Below, piece after piece: positions 21,123 to 30,882 of a DNA stretch of 64,000 nucleotides (position 1 is the first letter of the stretch; each line of letters begins with the position of its first letter). The stretch covers positions 1,569 through 65,568 of the forward strand of contig JAHZAW010000040.1 of assembly GCA_019423725.1 (NCBI GenBank), written 5' to 3'. The position numbers and the translations under genes were made by a program. The notes under the pieces are model-generated. The model was given only the letters and a program-made list of their open reading frames with translations. It was not told the origin of the DNA and ran no database searches. The stretch is from Clostridiales bacterium (lineage in GTDB: Bacteria; Bacillota; Clostridia; Lachnospirales; Anaerotignaceae).

Positions 21123-21207
21123 CAACACTTGTTGATAAATTGATGATTGTTTTCCCTTTTGGTAAACATTATACTTTGTTTGTAATAAAACAACAACTGT
21201 TGTTTTA
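21123..21207. promoter_or_regulatory. Two palindromic operator-like sites (CAACA-N2-TGTTG)
   Basis: 21186-21207 TAAAACAACA-AC-TGTTGTTTTA; 21123-21134 CAACA-CT-TGTTG; both in the divergent TetR intergenic region. Confidence 0.65.
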
Positions 21208-21227
21208 ATATTTTGGAGGTGGTATAA

Positions 21228-21599
21228 ATGAAAAAAAGCAGTTTTATTGCAATGGTACTTGGAACTATCAGTGCCGTGTTATTTGCCCTTGGTATGTGTA
21301 TGGCACTGATACAAGACTGGGACGCGTTCAGGCCCGGCATTATATTTGGCTGTATCGGCCTTATTCTTGGTTTTATAACACTGGCTGTATGGAGAAAAAT
21401 GGAACATAAACAGCCGATACACATTACTGGAAAGGCAGTTTTGAGTGTCATCATCGGTGTGGCAGGTGCTCTGGCCCTGGGCGTAGGCATGTGCTTTACC
21501 ATGGTATGGGGAAAAATGACACTGGGGATTGTTGTTGGCCTAATAGGCATCATTGTCCTGCTCAGTCTTATACCCTTAACGAAAGGTATAAAAGATTGA
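21228..21599 (+). CDS. Small four-TM membrane protein
   Basis: Four hydrophobic segments, internal duplication (ALGMCMA / GVGMCFT); GGAGG RBS. Confidence 0.8.
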   Translation: MKKSSFIAMVLGTISAVLFALGMCMALIQDWDAFRPGIIFGCIGLILGFITLAVWRKMEHKQPIHITGKAVLSVIIGVAGALALGVGMCFTMVWGKMTLGIVVGLIGIIVLLSLIPLTKGIKD

Positions 21600-21709
21600 T
21601 CGTCAGTACCATTTTGAAAATCTTAAAATAAGAATATATTCATAAATAAAGGTGCTTGTTCATTATGGTGCATTGACCATATGAGATCATCAGGAAAGGA
21701 GAATAGTTC

Positions 21710-21901
21710 ATGGCAAGATCAAAGCTTATTAAAGCAAACGAAAAAATAGAAAAAAAGGTAGTTGAAACATACAAAAAAATCGAAGATGCTGTTGTAGACG
21801 GATATACGAAAATCGAGGATTCATTTGTTGACCGTTATCTTACAAAGGATGATGAATCCATCAAAGATGCAAAGGAAAGGATAAACAAAAAGCAGCTGTA
21901 A
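21710..21901 (+). CDS. Small hypothetical protein (YKKIED / YTKIED repeat)
   Basis: AAAGGAG RBS; 11-aa internal repeat. Confidence 0.75.
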   Translation: MARSKLIKANEKIEKKVVETYKKIEDAVVDGYTKIEDSFVDRYLTKDDESIKDAKERINKKQL

Positions 21902-22061
21902 AACTAATAGACTGGTTCAGTATTATCATAAATATAAATGGCCAAACCGGCGTTTTTATCTATTATCAAATACCATAAGAAAATAAAAAGCCATTGATAT
22001 ATTAACAGCAGATCTGATTCAATATGGTTCCAGAGCTTATTGTCCAGCCATAAAAAATACA

Positions 22062-22096
22062 AAAAAGCAGGCAGGAGTTTTTTCTCCTGCCCGCTT
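22062..22096 (-). terminator. Terminator after pspC-like gene
   Basis: AAGCGGGCAGGAG-AAAAA-CTCCTGCCTGCTTTTTT on minus strand. Confidence 0.7.
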
Positions 22097-22176
22097 GATA
22101 CTTCAATTTTTTTGAAATACCCATTCATATGGTCATAGATGCTGACTTATGGGTATCTTTTTTTATTTTTCTTTTA

Positions 22177-22395
22177 TTATTTTTCCCTGTACTCAGCGTC
22201 TATGGTTCCGTCATCTTCAGGAATGATGAACGCACAGACAATATAAAGGATGAGGAACAGTCCGTAAAACAATGTTCCAAGCACCCACAGTACCCTTACT
22301 ACGGTAACATCGATGCCGATATAATCAGCAACACCAAGACATACACCGGATATTTTTCTTCCCTCTTTAGGTCTAACAAGTTTTTTATCCTTCAT
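22177..22395 (-). CDS. pspC: PspC domain protein
   Basis: KKLVR..GRKISGVCLGVADYIGID.TVVRVLW..YIVCAFIIP; AAGGAG RBS. Confidence 0.85.
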   Translation of the reverse strand: MKDKKLVRPKEGRKISGVCLGVADYIGIDVTVVRVLWVLGTLFYGLFLILYIVCAFIIPEDDGTIDAEYREK

Positions 22396-22408
22396 AATTG
22401 TCATCTCC

Positions 22409-23089
22409 TTACTCAGACAAAACATTGTCATCTTTAAAACTATAGTATTTACCGTCAGCGACGATAATATGATCCGCAAGATCTATCTTTATGGCAGATA
22501 AGGCCTTACGGCAGTCAACAGTAAATCTAATATCTTCATAGGATGGTCTTATGCTGCCGCTTGGATGGTTATGCATAAGTATTATGTTGGACGCGTCGGT
22601 CTTAACAGCTATTTCAACGATTTTTCTTACGTCAACATAAACTGATCCGGCCATTCCGCTGGATACTTCCACGCATTTTATAACAGCCATGGAGTTATTC
22701 AAACAAACCACATAAAGCTTTTCAATATTTATGCCATTCAAATATGATAAGGCATACTCACCGGCAATGGCTGTTTTATTGAGCACAACATTTCTATCCC
22801 ATTTTTCAATGGACATCCTTCTGTTTATCTCGCCTATGAGCGAAAATAATGTGGCAGCATTAAGGCTTATGCCGCACATATCTGATATGGACCTTGGATC
22901 GGAATTTACAAGTCTTGTAATAGAGCCGCCAAATTCATTCAGCACCCTATGGGCCGTTTCATTCATGTCTCTTCTGGGATATGCATAATAAAGAAGCATC
23001 TCTATTATCTCATGGTCATTGAAACTCTGGCCGCCATACTCGATGTATTTACTTCTCATTCTTTCCCTGTGTCCATCATGTACGCCCAT
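22409..23089 (-). CDS. radC: RadC-family JAB domain protein
   Basis: HDGHRERMR, HE.IEMLL, HNHPSG..PS.ED, DHIIV. Confidence 0.92.
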   Translation of the reverse strand: MGVHDGHRERMRSKYIEYGGQSFNDHEIIEMLLYYAYPRRDMNETAHRVLNEFGGSITRLVNSDPRSISDMCGISLNAATLFSLIGEINRRMSIEKWDRNVVLNKTAIAGEYALSYLNGINIEKLYVVCLNNSMAVIKCVEVSSGMAGSVYVDVRKIVEIAVKTDASNIILMHNHPSGSIRPSYEDIRFTVDCRKALSAIKIDLADHIIVADGKYYSFKDDNVLSE

Positions 23090-23092
23090 ATA

Positions 23093-23572
23093 TTATGCCC
23101 TCGTATCAAAATACTCCCTGGTCATATCCTTCCATTTACCGCTGTACACCAGCTCAAGGAGCTTATCCAGCTTAACAAGAAGTTCCTTGACCGTATCTTC
23201 GTTTATAAGTTTTTCATCAAGCGCCTCAGCGACCTCTCCAACGTCTACGACTTCAACAAAGCCGCTTGGATATATTTTAACATCAACCAGAAGATCCGTA
23301 AATATCCATGTATTCTCTTCCTTCTGATACTCACTGTTTATTATATCGCAGTAATAATAAACGACTTCACCGTTATCCTTCATAAATTTGCTTATCTTAT
23401 ATCCTTCGTTCATAAAAGTATATGAGATACCCTTTGAAAATTCCTTTTTAGGCTTAAAAGTATTCCATTTAGTAACTATAACATCATCTGTTATAAGCAG
23501 AATCTCATCGTCATTAAGGGATTTTATCTCAAGGGGTATATATCTTTTTCTATAAAGCAAAGGTTTCTCCAT
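23093..23572 (-). CDS. DUF402-domain protein
   Basis: YYCDII..FTDLLVDV..VVDVGE pattern. Confidence 0.7.
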   Translation of the reverse strand: MEKPLLYRKRYIPLEIKSLNDDEILLITDDVIVTKWNTFKPKKEFSKGISYTFMNEGYKISKFMKDNGEVVYYYCDIINSEYQKEENTWIFTDLLVDVKIYPSGFVEVVDVGEVAEALDEKLINEDTVKELLVKLDKLLELVYSGKWKDMTREYFDTRA

Positions 23573-23592
23573 AAATTTCTCCCCCGTAAATA

Positions 23593-25044
23593 TTATTCAT
23601 TAGTAGTCTGGCTGCTGGTCTGGTCCTGGCCTGAATTCTGTCCTGAACTCTGGCCTGAAGCGACAGACGCACTTAATGTATCGATGCTGTTCTGGGCATT
23701 GGCAGCCTGAGAAGACTTAGGATAGTCATTAACTACTTTCTGATAATATGATATGGCTGTGGCAGTCTCTCCCTTGGCCTCAGCTATCTTTCCTAAATAA
23801 TATATCACATCGCCTGCATAGTCCTCATCAGTTATCAGATCAAGACAGTCATTTAAGGATTTTTCAGCATCATCATAGTTGCCGGCAAGATAATACATCT
23901 TTCCTTCGCTGTAAAGATCCTCAGCAGCCTTGGCAAATGTCTGCTCCCTGACTGTATCATACATTGCTATATCCTCATCGGACATATCACTTATATCCAC
24001 ATCTTTTACAAGCAGAGCAGCTTCCTTATATTCACCATTGGCAAGCAGAGCGTATGCTTTGCTGACATTTCCTATCTTTGTCTGTAATGCGACGGATTCC
24101 TTGTATTTTTCAACTTCTTCCTTAAGCTGTGCATTTTCATTGAGCACATCATCATAGCTGGCGCTTCCATCACCGCCGTTATATGACTCATAATTCTCAA
24201 GAGTAGTCTTAAGGTCGTTTATGGTCTTGTTCTTGCTCTCAAGCATCGTCGGGAAGGCAAGGGCAAGAAGTACCGCTGCGGCACATACGACACCGCCGGC
24301 AAAGGATATTATCTCCTGCTTTCCTATAATGCTCCTTCCTGAATCCTTATAGGCAAGACGCCTCTTTCTTCTTGATACCGAGTCTTCTTCTCCTACCTTG
24401 ACATCGGCGGCATTATTCCCCGCAGATACCTTGCTCACCGGAGTTATCTCCTGCATATATCTTAAAGCTGTAGGGTTCTTCTTATCAAGATAAAGCACCC
24501 TCTTTACAAAGGGCTCAGCAGCTGAGTTGTTGCCGCTTGCCATATTGCAGAGCGCAGCCAGGTTATAAGCGTCAACAAGTTTTGAATTATATGATATCGC
24601 TTTCTTAAGCTGAATAAGAGCAAGGTCCTCACTGTGCTGTCCGATATACTGTATGGCAAGATTATACAGCCTCAGGGCATCATTCATTTTCTCAAGATCC
24701 CTTGCGTTTTTCTGAAGTTTTTCCATGTATTCAGAAGCGGTTTTATCGTTTTTATTAAGGTTTGAGCTCATGACCCATTCCTTCAGCGCATCAGCGACAA
24801 GTCCCTTTTCATAATATACAAGTCCAAGGAGATTTCTTGCTTTGGTGTTAAATTTATTCACCATTATGCTCTTTTTTAAGTTCTCAATGGCACCTGTCAG
24901 ATCTCTTTCATTGGCGCACTTAAGTCCGGCATTATAAAGTTTGTCGGAAATCGTCCTTGTCTTATTGTATAAAATGATGTCCGTTCCACAGTCCGGACAA
25001 ATATTGCCGCTTTTAAATATGTATCCACAAACTGGACATTTCAC
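23593..25044 (-). CDS. Zinc-ribbon and TPR membrane protein
   Basis: CPVC..CPDC N-terminus, TPR helices, central TM segment, C-terminal TPR (YYLGK..YP.S). Confidence 0.85.
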   Translation of the reverse strand: MKCPVCGYIFKSGNICPDCGTDIILYNKTRTISDKLYNAGLKCANERDLTGAIENLKKSIMVNKFNTKARNLLGLVYYEKGLVADALKEWVMSSNLNKNDKTASEYMEKLQKNARDLEKMNDALRLYNLAIQYIGQHSEDLALIQLKKAISYNSKLVDAYNLAALCNMASGNNSAAEPFVKRVLYLDKKNPTALRYMQEITPVSKVSAGNNAADVKVGEEDSVSRRKRRLAYKDSGRSIIGKQEIISFAGGVVCAAAVLLALAFPTMLESKNKTINDLKTTLENYESYNGGDGSASYDDVLNENAQLKEEVEKYKESVALQTKIGNVSKAYALLANGEYKEAALLVKDVDISDMSDEDIAMYDTVREQTFAKAAEDLYSEGKMYYLAGNYDDAEKSLNDCLDLITDEDYAGDVIYYLGKIAEAKGETATAISYYQKVVNDYPKSSQAANAQNSIDTLSASVASGQSSGQNSGQDQTSSQTTNE

Positions 25045-25050
25045 GGCAAT

Positions 25051-25203
25051 CTACTCCTTTTCTTCTCTCTTTTTTGAACTGTCTACCACATACTGCATCA
25101 ATTCGAATATATCTCTGAAATCGGCCGAATATATGGAGTCTTCCATATCTTCTATAAGCATAGCCGGCTCATATTTTTTCAATTCGTCCTTATAGCTAAA
25201 CAA
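25051..25203 (-). CDS. 50-aa acidic small protein (not in the ORF track)
   Basis: TTG start after GGGAGG; MFSYKDELKKYEPAMLIEDMEDSIYSADFRDIFELMQYVVDSSKKREEKE; fills the folC-TPR gap. Confidence 0.7.
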   Translation of the reverse strand: MFSYKDELKKYEPAMLIEDMEDSIYSADFRDIFELMQYVVDSSKKREEKE

Positions 25204-25204
25204 A

Positions 25205-26500
25205 TCATATTCCTCCCATAATTATCGTGCGCAGCCGTCCAATGAGATAGAGTGAGCCCGCACACAAAAGCACATCGTCTTTACCAGTAAGACTAAGCGC
25301 AAATTCATAAGCTTCTTTGATATTTCCAATGCTGTAAACCTTATCACAGTATCTGCTGACCACATTTTTAAAGCCTTCAGCAGATAAAGCCCTGTCACTG
25401 TCAGGTTCGGTTATTACAGCCGTATCGACAAGGGGCACTATCTCAGATGCCATTTTGTCATATTCCTTGTCCCCAAGCACTCCCATCAGCAGTACTATCC
25501 TCCTGCCGGTGAAATATTTCTTCACTGACTCGGCAAGCATATATACCCCACCCGCATTATGCGCTCCATCGATTATCGTAAGCGGATTTTTGGAGCATAC
25601 TTCCATCCTGCCGTTCCACTTAGTATCTGCTATACCTTTAAGTATGTTTTCATCACTTATATTTATACCATATTTCCTGAGTACAACCGCAGCCAGGACA
25701 GCTGTTTCACAGTTTTTCAGCTGGTACTGGCCTATAAGCGGCAGAAATATGTTCTTTATGTCAAAAATGTCATTCTTAATGGATATTGTAGTTCCATTAA
25801 TATCACTTTTCTCTGTCCTGATTTCTGAAACTGCATTATAGTATAGTTTAGCGTTTCTTTCAATACAAAGTTTGTTTATAACATCATATACACGTTTATC
25901 CTGCCTGTAAAGCACAACAGGACATCCTTCTTTTATTATGCCTCCCTTTTCAAAGGCAATGCTCTCAATGGTATTGCCAAGAAATTCTGTATGGTCAAGG
26001 CTTATTGATGTTATTACGCTCAGTACCGGTTTTTTCACCACATTCGTGGCGTCAAACCTTCCTCCAAGCCCTACTTCTATAACGGCATAATCAACATTCT
26101 GTTCAGCAAAATATAAATATGCCGCAGCTGTCAGCTGTTCAAACACAGTTGGCCTTCCGATGGGTTCCTTATTCATCTCATCGGCTTGAAACTTTATTCT
26201 TTCAATATACTCAGCAAATTCCTCATTGCTTATTTCTTTGTCATTTATTTTGTATCTCTCGTTATATCTCTCAAGATGCGGCGAAGTATAAAGAGCGGTC
26301 CTATAGCCCGCTTCAATCAGAATCTGTGTGAGCATTGAACTTACTGAACCTTTTCCATTGGTTCCCGCAACATGTATTATTTTCAATCTGTCCTGCGGGT
26401 CACCAAGTCTATTCAGTATTTCCCTTATCCTGCTCAGGTCCAGCCTGGAGCCCAGGGCGCTAAGATTATCTATATAATTCAATGCCTCTATGTAATTCAA
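25205..26500 (-). CDS. folC: Folylpolyglutamate synthase/dihydrofolate synthase
   Basis: IHVAGTNGKGS, YTSPHL, EVGLGGRFDATN, IDGAHN, GSLYLIG. Confidence 0.95.
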   Translation of the reverse strand: MNYIEALNYIDNLSALGSRLDLSRIREILNRLGDPQDRLKIIHVAGTNGKGSVSSMLTQILIEAGYRTALYTSPHLERYNERYKINDKEISNEEFAEYIERIKFQADEMNKEPIGRPTVFEQLTAAAYLYFAEQNVDYAVIEVGLGGRFDATNVVKKPVLSVITSISLDHTEFLGNTIESIAFEKGGIIKEGCPVVLYRQDKRVYDVINKLCIERNAKLYYNAVSEIRTEKSDINGTTISIKNDIFDIKNIFLPLIGQYQLKNCETAVLAAVVLRKYGINISDENILKGIADTKWNGRMEVCSKNPLTIIDGAHNAGGVYMLAESVKKYFTGRRIVLLMGVLGDKEYDKMASEIVPLVDTAVITEPDSDRALSAEGFKNVVSRYCDKVYSIGNIKEAYEFALSLTGKDDVLLCAGSLYLIGRLRTIIMGGI

Positions 26501-26606
26501 TTACGGTTCCTCCGAAGTAAAATTTCTGTCATAATCAAGCCTTCCGGCAGTAATTCTAATATATAGTAACAGCTTTGTCTTTTTTTATCAACATATTTAT
26601 TCCTTT

Positions 26607-27515
26607 TTAGTCAAAAAGAGATATTTGTCGATATTCATCTTTTTTCTGTTCGGAATATCTTTCTCTGAAAATTTTCGCATAGTCTCTGTCTATGCCATAC
26701 TTTTTCATCAGCTCTGCAGCTCTGTCAGCCAGCTCAGTCCTATAGGTCTTTGTGGCATATCCGCCATCCCTGTACATATCCATAAGATCATTAAATATAT
26801 TTGGATACTCCCTTTTTATGAATGTCATAAAGACATTTTTAGTCTCTCCCCTAAGGTTCAAAGCCTGGACTATGGCATAATCCACACCAGCCTTTTCAGC
26901 CCTTTCAAAAAGTCCCTCAAGATTTTCATTGGTGTCAGTCAGGAATGGTATGACAGGCATAATATGAAGCCCTGTCCTGACATTGGTATCTTTAAATGCC
27001 TTAAGCATCTCAAACCGTCTCTTATAGGAAACAGCGCCCGGTTCAAGTTTCTCCCTTATGTCCTCATCCACCCCTGTTATGGTCGAGGCTACATTAACAT
27101 ATGCCACTTTTGACAGCTCCTCAATAAGGTCAAAATCCCTGAGTATCAAGTCCGATTTAGTGGATATGGTACAGGGGTTTTTATATTTGATGAGAAGCTT
27201 CCATATATCCGGCATTATCCCATATTTTTCCTCCAGAGGCTGGTAATTATCCGTAACGCCTCCTAAATTTATGGGCTCACCCTTCCAGCTCTTAGAACGA
27301 AGGAGCTTTTCCAGACATTCCGCCATATTTATTTTAACATAAATTTCATTAAAAAAATCATTGGATTTTATATATTTATGTGTATACAGAGCAAAACAGT
27401 ATTTGCATCCGTGTCCACATCCACGGTATACGTTCATATCCCATAAATATGGTACTCCGCCCTTTACTTTATTGCAGGCTGATACACATTTTGTCTCCCT
27501 GACCTGATACTGCAT
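26607..27515 (-). CDS. Radical SAM protein, spore photoproduct lyase-like
   Basis: YRGCGHGCKYCFA, TDNYQPLE, STKS.LILRD, LEPGA. Confidence 0.85.
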   Translation of the reverse strand: MQYQVRETKCVSACNKVKGGVPYLWDMNVYRGCGHGCKYCFALYTHKYIKSNDFFNEIYVKINMAECLEKLLRSKSWKGEPINLGGVTDNYQPLEEKYGIMPDIWKLLIKYKNPCTISTKSDLILRDFDLIEELSKVAYVNVASTITGVDEDIREKLEPGAVSYKRRFEMLKAFKDTNVRTGLHIMPVIPFLTDTNENLEGLFERAEKAGVDYAIVQALNLRGETKNVFMTFIKREYPNIFNDLMDMYRDGGYATKTYRTELADRAAELMKKYGIDRDYAKIFRERYSEQKKDEYRQISLFD

Positions 27516-27592
27516 ATAAATCACCATTTTTATTATACCATAAAAGTTAAAAATTCCTCATAAATTTAAGGCCATTACAGCCTTAACTGCAC

Positions 27593-27622
27593 AAAAAGGA
27601 ACTCCCAAAGGGAGTTCCTTTT
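27593..27622 (-). terminator. Intrinsic terminator
   Basis: AAAAGGAACTCCC-AAA-GGGAGTTCCTTTT. Confidence 0.75.
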
Positions 27623-27642
27623 ATATGTATATTCATTTATTA

Positions 27643-28944
27643 TCAGTCAACGATAAATCCTTCATCATCAAACTTGAGCTCATAGGGTCCCTCAACATAA
27701 TTGATCTCAGGATGAGATTTAAGTTCTTCATAAAGGGGCTCTGATACTTCGATGTGGGCTGTCTCAAGGGTATTCTTTATCCTTACGATACGGGGTCTCT
27801 TCATATCTATGCCTGAGCAGCATTTGATAGATGTGTATATTGCATCTCTATCATTGTTTCTATATGTGGGGATTCCACCGCCGCCGCCAAGCACCGTTGC
27901 TGTAACAACGTTTGTCCATGTAGCGTCCCAGTCGATGCTGTTAAGGCATCTTCTTGTTGACATATCAGCAAGACCGATACCAACACCTGAATGATGAGAT
28001 TCCTCTGTCACGCCTCTTACCATTATGTATCTGATTCCTGTATCATCTACGAATGTCTGGGCCATATTGCGTCCAACAACATTGGGGTCCATACCTGAAC
28101 CTGAAATATTTTTGCCGATCTCATCGATAATAAGAAGGTCGATATCTTTAAATTTGAAATTGGGTATCTTAGCCTTTGCTTCTTCCTGCATCTCCGCATC
28201 CACCTGGAAAATGTTGCTCCTGTCGCACATCTTTATGGTGCATATATCATCATAGGCATTCTGAAGAACACCGATACCGAATACGAACTTGCAGTTATCA
28301 AGGAATACCTGTCCGAGTTCGGGTAAAAGTGTGGGGATATATTTATATCCCTGAGCGTGGAACATGGAAGCTCCCTTATGGTTTCCAAGACCGATGGCAA
28401 CCATCTTGAAAAGTCCGCTTTCATGTTTGCCCCTGAACTCTGTATGGGGTTTTACCTTATTGAAAAGAACAATACCATCAGCTTCTGTGGCGATCTTATC
28501 CACATAAACGGGAGCTCCGTTGGAAAGTTTGCCTACCTCAACTACTTCCATTGATGAAGGTATCTTAACTCCCATGCTTTCCTCTGTTATTCCAAGGCTC
28601 GCAAGAACTTCCAGCTGTCCCTCAGCTGTAGCTCCGCCATGGCTTCCCATCGCGGGAACGATGAACGGATCTGCTCCCCATTCTTTCATTGTATCAAGGA
28701 TAGCTCTTACCATTTCAGGAAGGAAAGGAATACCACGGCTTCCAACGGTAACGGCGATTTTTTTGCCCTTTAAAGCTGCCTTATCGATACCCTGGTAATC
28801 AGCCATCATTTTTTTGATATATGCTGCCGGATCATCGATCTTATTTGAGTCATAAACCTGTGTCATCTTATACATGGGAGGAATTTCCACCATGTCAAGT
28901 CCCTGGATTACAAAATCCATTTCCGGAAAATCAATAAATCTCAT
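27643..28944 (-). CDS. Lactate racemase (LarA)/DUF2088-like protein
   Basis: VTVGSRGI, PAMGSHGGATAEGQ, NKVKPHT.F, GKNISGSGMDPNVVGR, RIKNTL. Confidence 0.75.
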   Translation of the reverse strand: MRFIDFPEMDFVIQGLDMVEIPPMYKMTQVYDSNKIDDPAAYIKKMMADYQGIDKAALKGKKIAVTVGSRGIPFLPEMVRAILDTMKEWGADPFIVPAMGSHGGATAEGQLEVLASLGITEESMGVKIPSSMEVVEVGKLSNGAPVYVDKIATEADGIVLFNKVKPHTEFRGKHESGLFKMVAIGLGNHKGASMFHAQGYKYIPTLLPELGQVFLDNCKFVFGIGVLQNAYDDICTIKMCDRSNIFQVDAEMQEEAKAKIPNFKFKDIDLLIIDEIGKNISGSGMDPNVVGRNMAQTFVDDTGIRYIMVRGVTEESHHSGVGIGLADMSTRRCLNSIDWDATWTNVVTATVLGGGGGIPTYRNNDRDAIYTSIKCCSGIDMKRPRIVRIKNTLETAHIEVSEPLYEELKSHPEINYVEGPYELKFDDEGFIVD

Positions 28945-29036
28945 AAAAATAACCTCCTTGTGATGTGTATAATTTTTTATCGTGCCCGCGGTCTAATCCC
29001 CATTAAAACCACGAAACACTTTATTTCCCATTAAAA

Positions 29037-29065
29037 ATTATAAACTGTAAAATTGTGTATGTCAA
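29037..29065 (-). promoter_or_regulatory. Perfect-consensus sigma-A promoter
   Basis: TTGACA-N17-TATAAT on minus strand upstream of the LarA-like gene. Confidence 0.8.
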
Positions 29066-29358
29066 TGAATTTTGTTTAATTTTATCATTAAATTTGACTT
29101 GTATTATGTGTAATATGACATAATACAATGGATGCTTTTCGTCTTTTATTATAATTTATTGTGAATTTTTCATCTAATTTTTAAAAAGATAACTAAAAAT
29201 TTATTAGTTTTAAACAAACGAATTTTTAAAGGCAAAGATTTTAAATTATGTAAACTATAGACTATAAATTTTGATTTATTTTCCTGTATTATATTTCAAA
29301 CATTGCAAATAATAACAGCACATAAAAAATCTGTGAATCTGGAAAGGAAAATGATAAT

Positions 29359-29910
29359 ATGAAAGCAACAGGCATTGTAAGAAGAATAGATGATCTTGGA
29401 AGAGTAGTAATACCAAAGGAAATAAGAAGAACATTAAGGATAAGAGAAGGAGATCCCCTTGAGATCTTCACTGACTCAGACGGAGAGATAATCCTCAAAA
29501 AATATTCACCCATAGGAGAACTTGGCGCCTTTGCCAGAGAATATGCTGAATCCCTGGCCCAGACCATCGGACATGTTACCTGTATCGTTGATAAAGACCA
29601 GATAATAGCCGTTTCCGGGGGCCCCAAAAAAGACTTTTATGAAAAACATATCAGTTCAGCCATGGAAAAATGCATCAACGCCAGAAGCACACATGTCGCC
29701 AACAGAAACGACAGCGATTTCGTTCCTTTACTTGAAGAAGATACACCTGCTGAGGGAAAATATAATTACCAGCTCATCGCTCCCATCATCTGTGAAGGAG
29801 ACGCCCTTGGTGCCATCGTATTCCTCTCTCCCGATAAAAAGATGGGTGAGGTCGAAGGCAAACTTGCCCAGACTGCCGCAGGATTTTTAGGAAAACAGAT
29901 GGAGCAGTGA
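29359..29910 (+). CDS. spoVT: Stage V sporulation protein T
   Basis: MKATGIVRRIDDLGRVVIPKEIRRTLRIREGDPLEIF; C-terminal AAGFLGKQME. Confidence 0.96.
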   Translation: MKATGIVRRIDDLGRVVIPKEIRRTLRIREGDPLEIFTDSDGEIILKKYSPIGELGAFAREYAESLAQTIGHVTCIVDKDQIIAVSGGPKKDFYEKHISSAMEKCINARSTHVANRNDSDFVPLLEEDTPAEGKYNYQLIAPIICEGDALGAIVFLSPDKKMGEVEGKLAQTAAGFLGKQMEQ

Positions 29911-29941
29911 TCTTTGAAAACATTTCACATCCCTGAAAAAC

Positions 29942-29981
29942 AAAAATGACGGATATACCTGAGGGTAATATCCGTCATTTT
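29942..29981. terminator. Bidirectional terminator
   Basis: AAAATGACGGATAT..ATATCCGTCATTTT between convergent genes. Confidence 0.75.
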
Positions 29982-29995
29982 ATATTGCTGTATAC

Positions 29996-30868
29996 TTATT
30001 TTTTTATTTCAAATATTTTTTCCGTAAGGGTTGCAAACTGCTCGATGCTCATGGCCTCTCCCCTTATTTTCTCATTAAGGCCTGCTGAGTTTATAACAGC
30101 AGCCATTTCTTCCTTTGTGAGCTCAAAGCCGCCCTGATTGCAGAGGGTATTCAAAAGAGTTTTCCTCCTCTGTCCAAAGGCGCATTTTACCAGCTTGAAA
30201 AACAGCTTTTTATCGCACACATCAACGGGAGGCTTATCCCTTAGCTTTAAAGTTATGACAGCTGAAGCCACCTTAGGCCTTGGCATAAAGCATGAAGGCT
30301 GTACTATCATATTTATCTCCGCATCTGAATAAAACTGCACCGCTATGGAAAGAGCTCCATAATCTCCATTTCCGGGGCCGGCCTGCATGCGCTCGGCCAC
30401 CTCCTTCTGGACCATCACGGTCATGGATTCTACGGCATTTTTCTTTTCCAGCATATCCATGATTATGGGTGTCGTTATATAGTAAGGCAGATTGGCAACG
30501 ACTTTAAATGGCTTTCCATCATTCTTTTCCGCTGATAACTTTTCTATATCACATTTAAGGACATCGGCATTTATTATCTCCACATTATCATAGTCAGCAA
30601 GCGTCTCTGAAAGTATAGGTATGAGTTTTGTGTCTATCTCCAGGGCTATGACCTTTTTAGCCCTCTCAGCGGCCACCTGGGTCAAAGCTCCAAATCCCGG
30701 GCCAATCTCAAGTACCGTGTCATCCTTTGTTATACCAGCAGCGTCGGCTATATTTTCAAGGATATTTGAGTCTATGAGGAAGTTCTGGCCAAATCCCTTT
30801 TTGAAATTGAAGCCGTAACGTTCCATTATCGCCTTAGTTCTTAAGGGCGTAGCAATACGTTCTGTCAT
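29996..30868 (-). CDS. rsmA: 16S rRNA dimethyladenosine transferase
   Basis: KGFGQNFL, LEIGPG.G, VANLPYYITTP, FGQRRKTL. Confidence 0.95.
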   Translation of the reverse strand: MTERIATPLRTKAIMERYGFNFKKGFGQNFLIDSNILENIADAAGITKDDTVLEIGPGFGALTQVAAERAKKVIALEIDTKLIPILSETLADYDNVEIINADVLKCDIEKLSAEKNDGKPFKVVANLPYYITTPIIMDMLEKKNAVESMTVMVQKEVAERMQAGPGNGDYGALSIAVQFYSDAEINMIVQPSCFMPRPKVASAVITLKLRDKPPVDVCDKKLFFKLVKCAFGQRRKTLLNTLCNQGGFELTKEEMAAVINSAGLNEKIRGEAMSIEQFATLTEKIFEIKK

Positions 30869-30882
30869 ATTAATGTTTCTCC

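Noticed and set aside
21904..22128. 74-aa minus-strand ORF
   Set aside because: Crosses a terminator, lacks an RBS and has no recognisable motif.
22409..23089. radC as a marker of a mobile element
   Set aside because: Full-length chromosomal type embedded in a housekeeping operon with no mobility genes nearby.
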